Positions 1-12,986 of a stretch of 64,000 bases of DNA are shown piece by piece (position 1 is the stretch's first letter; the number at the start of each line of letters is the position of its first letter). A program made the translations under genes and the position numbers. The stretch is from Azolla caroliniana. Lineage: Eukaryota > Plantae > Polypodiophyta. The DNA lies in the NCBI GenBank assembly GCA_043228905.1, contig JBHGNT010000006.1, positions 7,874,001 through 7,938,000 of the forward strand, written 5' to 3'. The notes beneath the pieces are model-generated. The model saw only the letters and a program-made list of their open reading frames with translations, did not search any database and was not told where the DNA came from.

Positions 1-2223
1 TTTTTCCAATGCCTTCATAAGCTTTTGTGCATCTCCTAAAGTATTTGCAAAAAGCACTACATCATATGCATATAGCAAAAGCATAATCACAACATTCCCA
101 ATGGCAACTTCTTCAACACATTCTTCCTTTGCAAACTTGGTAACCATTTCTTCCAATTCATCAATGCATAGACCAAATAGTGTTGGTGAGAGTGGGCATC
201 CTTGCTTAACGCCAATAGTGCTTTTGAAAAAATCTAAAAGTTTATCTCTCATGCGCACACAACATATAACCTTCTCATAAATTCGGGAAATTGCAAGCAT
301 ATATTCACTTGGCACCTCAAGTTCTTCCATTCGCCTCCAAAGATGCTCACGAGGTACCATATCAAAAGCTTTCTTGAAGTCTACAAAGCAACAATATAAA
401 CCTTTACCTCTAAGGCGACTTTCCTCCATTAATACTCGAAGGGTGATAAGGTGATCAATGGTGCTATGGTGTTTCCGAAAGCCAGCTTGTCCATAAGCTC
501 TCTTACCACTTTTTTCAGCCCATACTCTTATCTTTGATTCCATTATACATCCAAATAGTTTTGCCATTAATGAGCCAACCATGATGGTTCGATAGTTGTT
601 TACATTATTTATATCTTCACCTTTATGTAAAGGTTTGATCCAATTTGTAGTCCAATCGTACGGCATACCATGTTGCAATGCATCATTAAACATATCGCTT
701 ATCCATATATGTGCTTCCTTTCTCGTCCATTTGAGCATTTCAGCCTTTATACATTGAAGATCGCTTGCCTTTCGAGAGGCCAATTTCTTAAGTCCTATGC
801 ATATATCTTCAATTGTAAAGAAGGGAGGCATATGTGAAAGAGAACCATAACACGTCATCTTTCCGGCAAGAGATAACTCATATAAATTCTTACAATGCAT
901 AGACAAGTCGTGAAGAGTTAAGTCACCATAACTCTCAACACGTTTTCCCTTTAGATTTCCCCAAAATTTAGCACATGCATGTGCTTTCTCTTGCGTTTGG
1001 ATAAATTGTTGAGTAACTTCCCATATTCTTCTCTTTCTTTGAATAAGCCTTTTATACTCATACAAATGCTTTTGGTAATTCTCTTTATCCTTAACTACGT
1101 CCAAAACCATAAGGCACTTTCGAGCTTCATGACATTCTTTATCAAACCATTTTTTCCTAAGTTTCTTGGTGCATTTCCAAGATGTGCGGTTGGTCGAAAA
1201 ACATTTGTTTGTACATGAGAGAATGACTTTCTTGAAAGCTTCCCATTTGCATTCTAGTGTGGCACCATGTTGTATCTTTGTCATTTGTAACATATCCTCA
1301 ACCATCTTGGAGTACATGGGTGCTCGCTTAAGGTTCATGCTCAAGTGCGGTTGTTTATTATCTTCAATAGCCTTCTCACAATCAAACCTATGCATACATT
1401 TGAGATCAATACATAAAGGCCTATGATCGGATTCCGGTGTCCATTCACCAAGTGAGAATTTATGTATACGATCCAAAATACATTCGGAAAGTAGCACATA
1501 GTCAATCACACTATTTCCGTTGTGTTTTCTACATGTAAAACCATTAGTGTTGGGTCATAAGGAAATACCATTTGCAATAAGCAATCCAGTACTATTGCAC
1601 ATTTGTAGGAGTAACTTCCCAAATTGGTCTGGATCTTTTTCATCGCTAGAAGAGCGGTTATACATTTGCATATCCTCTTGCATCCTTGAGATATGTGGCA
1701 TGAAAGATTCTTGTGAATCAAGTTGGAAACTTCTTGTACGAGCATTCATGTCACCAAAGACAATAACTTCCCCTTTGGATTTGAAATAAGCAATATCATC
1801 TTTTAGATTGGCAAACGGTTGATCTTTATCCAAACAAGCATAAAAGTTAGAATCTTGATGAGGAATGTAACATCCAACTACAAAAGTGGGCAAATCATTA
1901 GGTGTTTCTATTTTGAGCCATATGTAACATTTATTTTCATCATTTTTTATGATTGACACATATTTCTCTATTTCCTTCTTAATCAAACATGCCACCCCTC
2001 CTTGTCCTCTTCTTTGTCTTGTATTTTTCTTCCATATCAAAGAGTGTACATTATAGTTTCCTAAACCTTGAATCCTTTGAGTATCATGCTCCCATGTTTC
2101 AACAAGAAGTGTGATACCCGAGTCATCGGTGAACTCCTCTATGCCAAATCCCGCATTCCATGAGTATCCATTGCAATTCCAAAAGCATAGTCGTAAAAGG
2201 TGTGGGTTAGTCTCATAGATCAC
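1..2223 (-). pseudogene. LINE ORF2 (AP endonuclease + reverse transcriptase), interrupted by stops
   Basis: ORF 1555..2223 has APE motifs (WNCNG, ETW, YIP, GDMNAR); RT motifs read by eye in 60-620. Confidence 0.85.
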
Positions 2224-2229
2224 GTGTCC

Positions 2230-3099
2230 CTATTTGCCTACATTTCCATCTTTAGGCACATCCTTAACCTTGTTTTTCAATCTTTCTTCATATGCTTTAC
2301 GACGAGCATTTTGTTGTGAGATAGTACGATCTTCACTCAAAAAGCGTTGTGTACCTTTGAGGTATACCCAACTATTTTCGAGTATGATCCGCCGCTTTGT
2401 ATCATCTGTCATTGTGCATACAATAGGCCTTTCTCTGGAGCGAGTAACACCATGTTTCCCAACTCAGTGTGCGTCATATACATTCACATCTGACATCCCA
2501 TAATGCATGCTAAAAAATTCACCAATGGCCTTTCCAAGGGATGCACATGTTTCCATACTCTCTTCTTTAATCCCACGGACGACAATGTTCTTTGATCGTC
2601 GTTCACGTTCTTTCAATTCTCGAACATCTATGCTTTCTATATTCTTCTCTTGATGCATCACATGCATATTAGATGAGTTTGATAGCACATCCCCACCACA
2701 TACATCGGCCCATGACTTCGTTGTACATACATTTTTCATCTCACTTACATCCCGCCTCATCGTGTCCAATTTTTCTTCTTTTAATGCTTCCTTTAACTCA
2801 ATCTTGTTAAGGCGCTCATTTGTTTCAAAAGAAGCTCTTTTACATTCTTGAATCTCTTCTTAAAGTTTTGCAACCACTTGTTTAAGACTTTCATTCTCAA
2901 TGACAACACTTTGGAGCTTAGTATTCTCTTTCATTAACGTCCTAATCTCTTCACCTTGCTTGTTTATGGTTTCTTGAAGAGAAATCAAGTGACTCATAAG
3001 CATTTTGTCCATTGCATTAGAATCGAGATTTGTTGGTGATCTTGGCTCATTATCAATCATACCCCCGAACTTTGCGGCGGTTTTACGAGTATTTGCCAT
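2230..3099 (-). pseudogene. LINE ORF1 (coiled coil plus L1-transposase/RRM-like region), fragmented
   Basis: ORFs 2860..3099, 2464..2769 and 2230..2412; coiled-coil heptads and ERERRSKNIVVRGIKE ... LKGTQRFLSED motifs typical of LINE ORF1 proteins. Confidence 0.7.
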
Positions 3100-3348
3100 T
3101 GTAGGGACAAACCCTACAGGAAAAGAGAGACAGAGAGGGAAGGAGAGAGAATGTACCTTTCACTCAATTTAGGGCTTCAAAATCTACCTTCCGTTTGAGG
3201 AACCGTGGGGCAAAGATGGCTGCGGATGAAAAGGCTCATAACTTCTCGCCACGGTAACGGAATTCAGTAAATGGACATTCTTTAGAAATCTCTCTCAAAG
3301 AGCTTTCCAACGAGCTATAGAATGTAGAAAACGATGGCTGGAGTGAAC

Positions 3349-3352
<4 letters not shown>

Positions 3353-3380
<28 letters not shown>
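3353..3380. repeat. (GA)n microsatellite
   Basis: Directly visible. Confidence 0.95.
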
Positions 3381-3385
<5 letters not shown>

Positions 3386-3389
3386 CCAG

Positions 3390-3490
3390 ATGGATGTAGC
3401 TCAGTTGGTAAGGTTGCCCAATGGAGACCAGGTGGTCATGGGTTCAACCCCTACATTCCACAGTGGCATCTAGTGAATTAAGATATATAT
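3390..3490 (+). other. tRNA-derived module (SINE-like head) with Pol III A and B boxes
   Basis: A box TAGCTCAGTTGG (3397-3408) and B box GGTTCAACCC (3441-3450) at tRNA-like spacing; cloverleaf imperfect; ends in (AT)n. Confidence 0.7.
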
Positions 3491-3492
3491 AC

Positions 3493-3493
<1 letters not shown>

Positions 3494-3540
<47 letters not shown>
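3494..3540. repeat. (GA)n microsatellite
   Basis: Directly visible. Confidence 0.95.
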
Positions 3541-3542
<2 letters not shown>

Positions 3543-3613
3543 AATGGAGACCAGGTGGTCATGGGTTCAACCCCTACATTCCACAATGGCATCTAGTGAA
3601 TTAAGATATATAT
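3541..3613 (+). repeat. 5'-truncated duplicate of the tRNA-like module (B box only)
   Basis: CCAATGGAGACC...GGTTCAACCC...GAATTAAGATATATATA is near-identical to ~3418-3491. Confidence 0.85.
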
Positions 3614-3629
3614 AAGAAGTATATAATAG

Positions 3630-3705
3630 AGAGGTGAGGAAGTTGGGTTTCGAACCCAGAACACAGTGCTTGTAGTGCTAACAACTTACCACTAGGGTAA
3701 GGTAA
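3630..3705 (-). other. Second, different tRNA-like module on the minus strand
   Basis: Reverse complement reads TACCCTAGTGGTAAG (A-box-like) ... CTGGG TTCGAAA CCCAA (T arm with B box). Confidence 0.55.
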
Positions 3706-5895
3706 TTACGATAAAAAAAAAAGAGAGAGAGAGAAGGAGAAGGAGAAGAGAGACAAATAGAGAGGAACAACTATTTGCCGCTAGAGCAACAATGCATCCA
3801 TTCCTTCTCATTTTCCCGAAATAGATGAAAAGGAAGGAGACAAAGAAGAGAAATAGACAGAGATAGAGATAGATAAGTGGTGTACATAGAAGAAGAAGAG
3901 GCAACATTGACATAATTGGGCAAGTGCTACAACAACATTCTTCTTCGACGGCAAGTTCGAATGTCATCTTGTCTATTCTAGGTTAATTATCCTCCTATTA
4001 TTTTCCTTTTCCTTCTAATTGGGGCATAATATATATGGAAGGGATGGATGAATGTATAAATGAGAGACAAATATAGAGTAAGAGAGGAGAAAGAGAAGAT
4101 GAAGTTATTTTGAAGAAACAAAAGATTGGCATTAATAATACGTATGAGGGGGATATAGATATGATGCCAAGACCATCACATGCACATGTTATGGGAGAAG
4201 GTGAGGAGGAGAGGAATGCTCAATATTGGGATGTAATGCATGTAGTTGACAATGAAGCACTCCATGAGATTTTACCGGACACTATAGATATGGTGGCCAA
4301 TGTAGAAGAGGATGAGATTGTAGAGGTGGAGATGCCACGTAGAGAAATTTTAAAGGTGTTTTCCATGTTTCATGAGAGAGGCATTATTTGCTTCTTTAAA
4401 GGGAAAAATCCTTTAGTAAATTGGGTGGCGCAATGGCTAAATGCAATGATTGGTTGAAATAGTGTGCAAGATGTGTATAAAGGTTCACGCGGGTTTTTCC
4501 AGGTCATTTTTCGAACCAAAGAACAACGAGATAGATTATTATCATGTCTGCCAGTCTTTTACAATAATATTTTAGTCTATATTGTCCCTTGGAGGACACT
4601 AGTAGAGTTTTAGGAAATTTTGAAACAAGAGTGTCCAATATGGGTGGAGGTAGAGTGAAAATTTCCTTTTTTATGGCCTATAATTCAAGGTGTAATGGAA
4701 CAATTGGGAAAGGTGATAGTAGCCCCAAATGCCAAAGCATATAATAGATATAGGTTATGTATTCTATGGAATACAACAAAAAAGAGACTTTTGTGGCTAA
4801 ACATAAAAACTAAGGAGATGAGGTCATTCCATTGCAAATTGCATTGGGGATCATTTGTTGGTCATTGCTGCTAATGTGGTGGTTTGGGCCATTTCATGGC
4901 AGAATGCCAACAAACATGGGCAGTGGAGGTGACTAATAATTCACATGGTGACGAGTTAATGCCAGAGTTTGTACTAAATGATAATGAGGTGCTGAGAAGT
5001 AAGGAGGCAAATGTGGAAAAAGGTAAGAGTGTCGTTATTTTGGAACATAATGACAAAGATATTGAAGAAAGAAGAAAAGATTTAATGGATGAGGATGGAT
5101 CTGGGATTAAGGTGACCTCTAAGGTAAATCATCCAAGTTACCAAAAAGATAGTTTATGCACATCATAGGGTGGAGAGGGGTAGTTCCTCTAGGGATCCTA
5201 TGGGGTTATCACATGCACATAATTATGATCAATTGAAAGGAAGGTCAAAACTATGGCAAGGGTCACAGTATAAACAATCTAATCAAGGAACAAAACCTTT
5301 CAACCTTAGGTTTGAAAAGAACGATAAATCAATTTACCATTAGAAAAACAAAATTGGAAAAGAAATAGTTCATGGGGTACAATCATATCCACCAATAATC
5401 ATCGACGATCTCTGCAAAATGCATTTGCAGTCTTAAGTGATTATTTCAGTGATATACCAAAGATATTTGCACAACGGGAACATGAATAGGCCAAGAAGCA
5501 ACATAATTAGTGAGTGATGAAGATAGTCACATGGAATGTAAGGGGAATTGTTTCTTCGTCCAAGTAGTATGGTATGTGGAAAAGTATTTTTAATAGTCAA
5601 TAGGATATATTATGTGAAGTAGAACATAAGGAGCATGCTAAGGCTGGGTCTTTTTTTTCATCATAAGCAATATAAGGTTTTTTATGCTAGAGTCAATGGA
5701 GGGACTTATTCCGGTGTAATGCTTATTGTAAGGGATAGTTTGCAACCAATACTGGTTCAAAGAGATGTCCGTGGTCGGTTCTTGGTGCTTGAAGTTAATT
5801 AGGAAGGGAAACAGATTTGGGTGATTGGTATTTATGGATCAAATGTTGCAAGGAAACATTTGGATCTTTGGAGATGTTTAAATCAAGTTTTACGT

Positions 5896-6583
5896 CGTCG
5901 CGTTGTTACGCGCGTGCGTGGAGAACAAGGCGGGACCACTGGGGTCTTGGACCGAGGAATAGGTGTGGAAGCGAAAGGAGAGAAAGAGAGAGTCACGCTC
6001 ACACGCGTACAGACAAAGAAGCGCGCGGGAACGCAACCCAACAACACAAGAGACACAGGTTGAGCACGAGATAGGGTAAAAAAAGACGCGTAAATAAATA
6101 TATGTATGCAGACGACTCGAACGGTTACAGCCGATCAGGTCGGCGAGACGGGTGCCGACGCCTGATCACCCACGCACACAGGGGAGCAAGATGGAGATTC
6201 TATCGGAAGCACGCAGGCGTTCCACGGAGCAGAATCAGCCTCTCGAGAACCTGCGCCAAGAAAGCTATGGAGAACGACAGAGGAGAAGAGCTCGGTCCCA
6301 GTCCGACAGCACTTCGTCCCCTCTAGCGCGCGATATCCTCTCTCCCCCGTCTCCCTTTCTTTTATAGCTCAAGGAGGGAGGCCGTCTTGCCCGTTTACAT
6401 CACATTAATTCTCTGTCCTTTCGGACAAAGATACTCCTCGATTCTCCCTATAGAATATTGCTACCTAGGATCTAACCCTTGCGCCTACCTATCTACTTTA
6501 CGACAAGGGACGTGCCCACGTGTAAGGGCCGATTCACACACATTATACACGGTTTGCGCCTGCGGACGGTTTTCTTCACGACA
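5896..6583 (-). repeat. 3' LTR of W1
   Basis: (C)GTCGCG...CACGACA; near-identical to 12299-12986; adjacent PPT-like GGTTAGGTGGGGGCGGA on -. Confidence 0.93.
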
Positions 6584-6659
6584 TCCGCCCCCACCTAACC
6601 GCGCATCCACCGGTATGCGCCAAAATTGGGTTGCTACGAGAGAAAACCGATCCTTGCTT

Positions 6660-9600
6660 TTATTCCTCGTTTACCGGTTCATCCTCCGCCTCGGGCTGCT
6701 CGTCGTCGTTGTCCATGCCTCCTAGCCCCGGCTCCCCGTCGTGCTGTTTCTTGAACGCTTTGATCCTCTTCCCCGCTACCAGTATCGCCATTCTCGTATC
6801 GTCGAGCTCCGCGAGATGGTATGTCCCATTGTCGTTGGCGCCTGTTACTACGTAAGGCCCGAACCACTTCCTCGCAAACTTCCGCGTGGCCCTGTGCTGA
6901 TTGTCGAGGCTGCTGTCGTAGAATAGCACCCAGTCGCCTTCCTTGATCTTCCTTGGCCTGGACCGGTGTGTTCGGTCGAACCGGGCTTTGTTCCTTATCC
7001 TCGCTACCCGAAGTTTCTCCGCGGCTTGCTCTACGTCCTCCGGCCTCCGCTCGAGCTGTCGAATCCGCGCCGCCAATAGTTCCTCTCGGCTCATCTCATC
7101 CCTCTAGTCCACCGTGGCCCACGAGGAGATCGTTCGCTCTGTTGGCATGATCGGCTTCTGTCCGAACATCAGCTCGGCCGGCATGAACCCGGTTACCGAA
7201 CTGTGCGTAGTCCGGTCCGCCCACAAGGTATAAGGTAGCAGCCGTGGCCAGTCCTCGACTCGGCCTCCGCACGCCCGTACTAGCGCTTTGACAATTGGCC
7301 CGTGTCCGCGCTCCACCTTCCCGTTCACCTCCGGATTGTACGCTGTGGTGAGCGAAAGTTTGACTCCTAGCCGGTCGAACATCTCTTCGGCTTCTTCTGC
7401 GTCCAACTTGCCACGGTCAGCCATGATCTTCCCTACGCACCCGTATCGGCATACTACGTCCTCAATCAAAAACCGGCATACGGCTGCCGTCGTCTTGTTC
7501 TGCAGGGCTCGGCCTTCAACCTGGTTCGTTAGATCTTCCCGAGCCAGCACCAGATACCGCATCTGTCCTACCCCCATTGGCATCGTCACCAAATCCACCA
7601 TCCACTTGAAGTGGACGGTCGGAGGGTAGGTCGGGTGAAGCTCGTCCCGGTGTCGGATCATGGAGTGCATCTGGCAGCTTTCGCAAGTCGTCACGAACCG
7701 ATGCACGTCCCGGTATAGTCCCGACCACCAGTACTTTCCCTTTAGCTTTTCGAACGTGGCCCACGTTCCACGGTGTCCAGCCCACGGGCTATCGTGGTAC
7801 GCCGCCAGCAAACCCTCATGTTCCTCCTTCGCCACCACTCGAAGCGGGATGCCGTTCCTCTTCTTCGGGTGCTTCCAGATGTATCCGTCCCGGAGAAAGA
7901 ATCGGTAGGCTTTCTTCCGAATCCGGTTGGCCTCGTCTGTTGTCCATGCCGCGTCCGGTGTCATTGTTTTCAGGAACTCGCCGATCTGCAGCCACTCCCC
8001 GTCGTACTTGCTCTCGTCGAAGTCGTTAAGCGTCGGAGAGCATTCCCCGTTGGTTGTCACGTAAGCCGCCTCGAAGAAGTCCACGCCGACTTCCTCGTCC
8101 TCTGAAACCATGCCGCCGTTGTTTTCGAACCTCGCCCTTGAAAGCATGTCGGCCATGGCGTTGTCTTTCCCGGAAATGTGTCGTATTTCCGGATTCAAGG
8201 ACTTGATGTACGCTATCCACCTGAGCATTTCCAGGTCCGGCGTCGTGCATCCGAAAACCATGCCAAGAATTGGCAGGCAGTCCGTCTCGATAATTACCTC
8301 TGCCCCGATCAGGTAGTCTTTATTGGCCTTTACCGCCGAAACGATACCCCAGAGCTCGCGTTTAACCTGGGCGTATCCTCGCTGTCGCTCGCTGAGGACC
8401 TTCGCACCGAACCGGATCGGGAAACGCATGCCATCCTCGTCCTCCTGGTTGACGACCCATCCAATCCCAGTCGGACTCGTATCTACCGTTACGTAAATTG
8501 GAGTGCTCTTTCCGTAGACAGCCTTTCGGAGTGCCGGAGCCGCGGCAAGTGCTTCCTTCATCTTCCGGACAGATTTCGTATGCTCGTCTTTCCACTCGAA
8601 TCTTCGCCCCTTTTTCAGCAACCCATATAACGGCTCCGCGACGTGAGCGTAATGCGGGATCCATATGTGGTAGAACGCGCACGCTCCTAAGAACCTCTGA
8701 ACCTCCGTGACCGAGCTACAGTCGTCCTTCATCGCGGAGATGGCTTCTACCTTAGCCGGAGACGGTTTCCGGCCGTACGACCCGCATAGGTGTCCGACGA
8801 CCATGATCTCTGCTTGCCCGAAGGCCGATTTTCCCCCAGAGAAGGTGAGCCTCGCGCCCTCCAACCTCTATAGCACCTTCTCGCAGTCATCGATGTGCGT
8901 CGCCACGAATTTCCGGCACCCGTTCGGTCCGATCGTTTCGTCCCTTTCCTCCACCGGGCATCCCTTGATCGGGACGTCATCCAGAAACGGCATGGTGATG
9001 TCCGAGATACAATCCCTCAGCACCTTGTTCATTGCGTTCACCATGTGAGCCACCGAGTTCATCCCTCCTTGCGGTAGGGTACACATCCGTACTAGGCCGA
9101 GAGGAGTTCGCATTGTCGTGATGTCTCTGCTTTCTATGGCTAGCTGGAACTGATTGTACCCCGAGTAGAGATCACCGACTGAGTAAATCGACCTTCCAGC
9201 GAAGGCCTCTGCGAACTCGTCTATTGTTGGTCCGATCCCTGCGTTTCGAATGGTCACCTTGTTGACCGGCTACAGGTCTTGAATAAAGCGCAGCGTGCCA
9301 TCCTTCTTCAGCACGGTAAACCACCGATTCGAGTATGGGGCACTCGATGGTTCGAGGATTCCCATTTCGACCTTCTGCTTTAACAGCTCCATCAACTTCG
9401 GGATGTGAGCTCTGGGTACTGGAATCGGTTTGAGACTCCACGGCACATGCGGTACCGTGAATATCACCATCGGTTCCACGACTGTCGGGTCTACGCACCC
9501 GATCTCCTTCGGTGAGAATGCGAAAGCCTTCCCGTGCCTTCCGAGCATTCCCCGAAAACGGTCCTCTTCCGCCAGCAGTAGGAAGCCCCCCCCACCGATT

Positions 9601-10151
9601 TTGAGGTCGTGTAGCGTTATATCGGTGAATGTGTGTCCTATGCGGGCCGGATTTCGTAAACTCGGGTCCGACACAACCCCCTTTATTTGCAACTCGCTGC
9701 CCTCCGGCAAGGGAGCCGCGACTGGCCTCACCTTCCGGTCCACAGTCTTGTACCTCGTGTCCACCCGGGCCGTCCGACCCGACTCGAGCCCTCTACTAAA
9801 GTCCGCGATGACTTCGTACATCCTTTCCGAACATACCGGAATCGTCCGGTCCTCTTTAAGGACCCCTCCGACTACCTCTCACAGCTCCCCCAAGGTATCG
9901 TCGAAAGAGACCGCCTCCACGGCTCCGTTGATTTCCTCTCCAAGGTCGAGGACGCCACATGCCCGAAGTCGCTCCTCCGCCCTTCTCTTCTTCCGTCCAA
10001 CAACGTCAACTATCGTACACCCTCCCTTGTCGGAGAACCAAAATTTCCTATTTATAGTACAGGGTTTCTTCGCTATCTTGCACTTGTGGGGTTCTCCGGG
10101 AGTGTCCGGACTATCGCGGCCCCACGCCTTGATAGTCCTCTTCAAAAATCC
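6660..10151 (-). pseudogene. pol: W1 pol (RT, RNase H, integrase), same frame but broken by TAG stops
   Basis: ORFs 9879..10145, 9270..9821, 8868..9257 (LPQG...FLDD), 7104..8864 (RH; HHCC; D,D,E) and 6660..7094 (GPY). Confidence 0.92.
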
Positions 10152-12255
10152 TCCCGGCTTTCGCCCCCGAGGGTCTCGCGGTTCCTCTCATGGTTTGGTC
10201 TCACCGTCAGGAACTGGACCGAGTGAAACCCATCCTGGCTCTTGACCCTCGCATAGGCCGAGCCGTTGTCCAGCACCTTGGTCTCCATCCGTGCTGCCGT
10301 GATGTATGGTTCTCCTAGTATAACCGGATGTGAGGACGTCTCCTGCACGAAGAAGTGCTGGTCAATCTCGACATCGCCGATCTTTACTCGTACATTCGGG
10401 CAGGCTCCATGCAGTTCTTCGGTGGCACGCGTCGCTGCCTGTATCTTCCACCCGTGCTTGCTGTTGATCGGCCATTTCCCCTTCTTATAGAAGTCCATGG
10501 ACATCAAATTGATTTCTGAACCGTGGTCCACCAACGCCACCACCGGTTCATGAACATCTCCGATCTTCACGGGGGTCTCCGTGGTCGCTCTGGCCCAGTG
10601 TGGCCTCGAATAGTGGCTCTCCGCCAACTCGTCTTCCAGCGCCATGTCCTCTATGTGCGTCGTCCGCACCTCCACCGACTTCTTCGGTTCTGTCTCCGTC
10701 GACAGCCTCTTCCTCTTCACCAAGTCTACGATGGAGTCGTGGAACTCCTTCTTGGCGATCCCGAGCACTTCCCTCAGCGACAGTTTCACCTTGTTGTCGA
10801 GGATTCGTTCTTCCAGGACCTTTCGCAGGTCCGTAGATCTTTCGATTTCTGTGCCTAGCCGGTACCCGCCCTTCTTGGGATTATCCTGGGCGCCGGATGC
10901 ACCGGCCTCATTCCGTCTTTGCCCGAATCGAGTGTCATATCGTTGCGAGGGCCCAACCCCTCCGGATTTTCCTACTCGCTTGTCCTCCACCAGAGCCTCG
11001 TAGTTTTGACAAGCGGCTTTGACGAAGCCCGTCTTTTCTTCCACCGGGTTACCTCCCGGACCCGTTTTTTCGCGCGGTCCACCTCTTCTTTCCTCAGCCG
11101 TGCGCCGGCGAGGCCTTCCAGCATCGTCGGCCAGAACCCGGCTTTGTTCGTCTTCGGGGTCTCGCCTCCTCCGACCCGAATACCAACCGACGCCGAGTAG
11201 TGGACGGTCTCCGCGTGACGAGCCGCCGCCTCCCCCATCAGCCTTTTCATACCCCCTCGCCTGACGTTCAGGTTCAGGGCCCTTCGGGTTTCGCTGGCGT
11301 GCAACCGACCGTTCCACAGGTACACCACGTTGCTTCTCATCGCCTCGGTGAAGTCCCCGCAGTCCTTTCGGATGTGCCCAACCGTGTCACAGCACATGCA
11401 CCTGTTTTCAGCTAGAGGTCGTCGGTCACGGGCCTGTTCGCCACCATCCCTCCGTGCCTGGGCGATCTGGAGATCCCTTACCATCCGTGTCAGCTCCTCC
11501 AGAACTACTCCCCCGTACGAGCCATTGACCATGCTGGTTGAAGCCGACCCGGTCTCGAGCCAATCTCGGGTCTCTTCCCTTCACGTTGGTGGTGTTGGCT
11601 CGAGCTTCCTTGCTGCAACGGAGCCCGCCCCTGTCGATCCTTTGTCAGCCCATTCACTCCATTTGTCGAAACGGCCACAAACCCTTTTCACTACGGCCCA
11701 GTCGGCCGTTAGCCCGTCATCAGTCTCCAATAGGAGGCTTTCCTGCCCCCGATCCCGCTCGTCAACCGACTTAACAAACAATAGGACACGTCTTGTGTCC
11801 AGAACGGTCCGGTCAAGCACCGAGAGGCGCGCAAAGCGTTCCTGAAACTCATGAAGGAGCACTGACGCGTTCCTTCCTTTGTCGGGGGTCTCCACCCACT
11901 CCATGAAGTCCCGCTTCGAAAGTTGAAGCGCATCTTCAAGCCCGTATCTTTCGAGGAGCCGACCTTCGAACTCCTCCCAGGTCCGGCTCTCGTCTCGTAC
12001 CTCGAGCACCTCCGTATGGATACCCGGCATCGCCACTCGAGGGAATCCGGCTAGAGGCCTCTCTTCCGGAATGTCCCTCATTACCATCTCAGCCCGGTAG
12101 GACGCCAAGTAGCTCGTGGCATCCTTCCCACTAAACCGGCCGATCGTACCGACAACCGCCTCGATAGCCCTATCAAGGGCGCCGGTGCCTTCGCGAGCAC
12201 TCACTATACGGTCCACAGCCGAAGCCATGGCTTCTGCGAGGTCCGACCCCCTCAT
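10142..12255 (-). pseudogene. gag: W1 ORF1 gag-protease, disrupted
   Basis: ORFs 11581..12255, 10972..11532 (CMCCDTVGHIRKDC knuckle) and 10142..11317 (ALVDHGSEIN ... VILG protease), ending ESREDF*. Confidence 0.88.
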
Positions 12256-12276
12256 CTTCTACTCCTCTGCCGCCTG

Positions 12277-12294
12277 TTCACGGCGGGTTCACCA
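12277..12294 (-). promoter_or_regulatory. PBS complementary to tRNA-Trp (17/18)
   Basis: Minus strand TGGTGAACCCGCCGTGAA next to the 5' LTR. Confidence 0.8.
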
Positions 12295-12298
12295 AAGA

Positions 12299-12986
12299 TG
12301 TTGCGTTGTTACGCGCGTGCGTGGAGAACAAGGCGGGACCACTGGGGTCTTGGACCGAGGAATAGGTGAGGAAGCGAAAGGAGAGAAAGAGAGAGACACG
12401 CTCACACGCGTACAGACAAAGAAGCGCACGGGAACGCAGCCCAACAACACAAGAGACACAGGTTGAGCACGAGATAGGGTAAAAAAAGACGCGTAAATAA
12501 ATATATGTATGCAGACGACTCGAACGGTTACAACCGATCAGGTCGGTGAGACGGGTGCCGACACTTGATCACCCACGCACACAAGGGAGCAAGATGGAGA
12601 TTCTGTCGGAAGCACGCAGGCGTTCCACGGAGCAGAATCAGCCTCTCGAGAACCTGCGCCAAGAAAGCTATGGAGAACGATAGAGGAGAAGAGCTCGGTC
12701 CCAGTCCGACAACACTTCGTCCCCTCTAGCGTGCGATATCCTCTCTCCCCCGTCTCCCTTTCTTTTATAGCTCAAGGAGGGAGGCCGTCTTGCCCGTTTA
12801 CATCACATTAATTCTCTGTCCTTTCGGACAGAGATACTCCTCGATTCTCCCTATAGAATATTGCTACCTAGGATCTAACCCTTGCGCCTACCTATCTACT
12901 TTACGACAGGGGACGTGCCCACGTGTAAGGGCCGGTTCACACACATTATACATGGCTTGCGCCTGGGGATGGTTTTCTTCACGACA
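12299..12986 (-). repeat. 5' LTR of W1
   Basis: TG...CA; pairs with 5896-6583; TATA (CTATAAAA) on -. Confidence 0.93.

Larger units (their letters stand above)
1..3353 (-). mobile_element. Non-LTR retrotransposon (LINE), RTE-group / RTEX-like, degenerate; 3' end outside the window
   Basis: Minus strand carries ORF1 fragments (2230-3099), an APE endonuclease (LRLCFWNCNG...LLVETW, 1555-2223) and RT motifs in 1-620 (YGQAGFR, CFVDFKKAFD, GVKQGCPLSPTLF, LLYAYD for LYADD). The 5' boundary is approximate, placed at the (GA)n tract. Confidence 0.85.
5896..12986 (-). mobile_element. Ty3/Gypsy LTR retrotransposon, lineage W, copy 1 (full length, scattered stops)
   Basis: 688-bp LTR pair 5896-6583 and 12299-12986; TSD ACGT (5892-5895, 12987-12990); gag-PR then RT-RH-IN order; RT motif FLDD. 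Confidence 0.95.

Noticed and set aside
3390-3460. Functional tRNA gene
   Set aside because: Acceptor and anticodon stems pair poorly; kept only as a tRNA-derived module.
5892-5896. 5-bp TSD ACGTC for W1
   Set aside because: It would require an LTR missing its first base. A 4-bp TSD gives two equal 688-bp LTRs and matches the unambiguous 4-bp TSDs of W4 and W6.
9430-10245. Recurrent ~270-aa antisense ORF in W copies (also 42596-43420, 53102-53749, 57121-57936)
   Set aside because: Starts at a non-ATG codon, lies codon-aligned opposite GC-rich pol and is Ser/Pro-rich with no recognisable domain; best explained as a shadow ORF.
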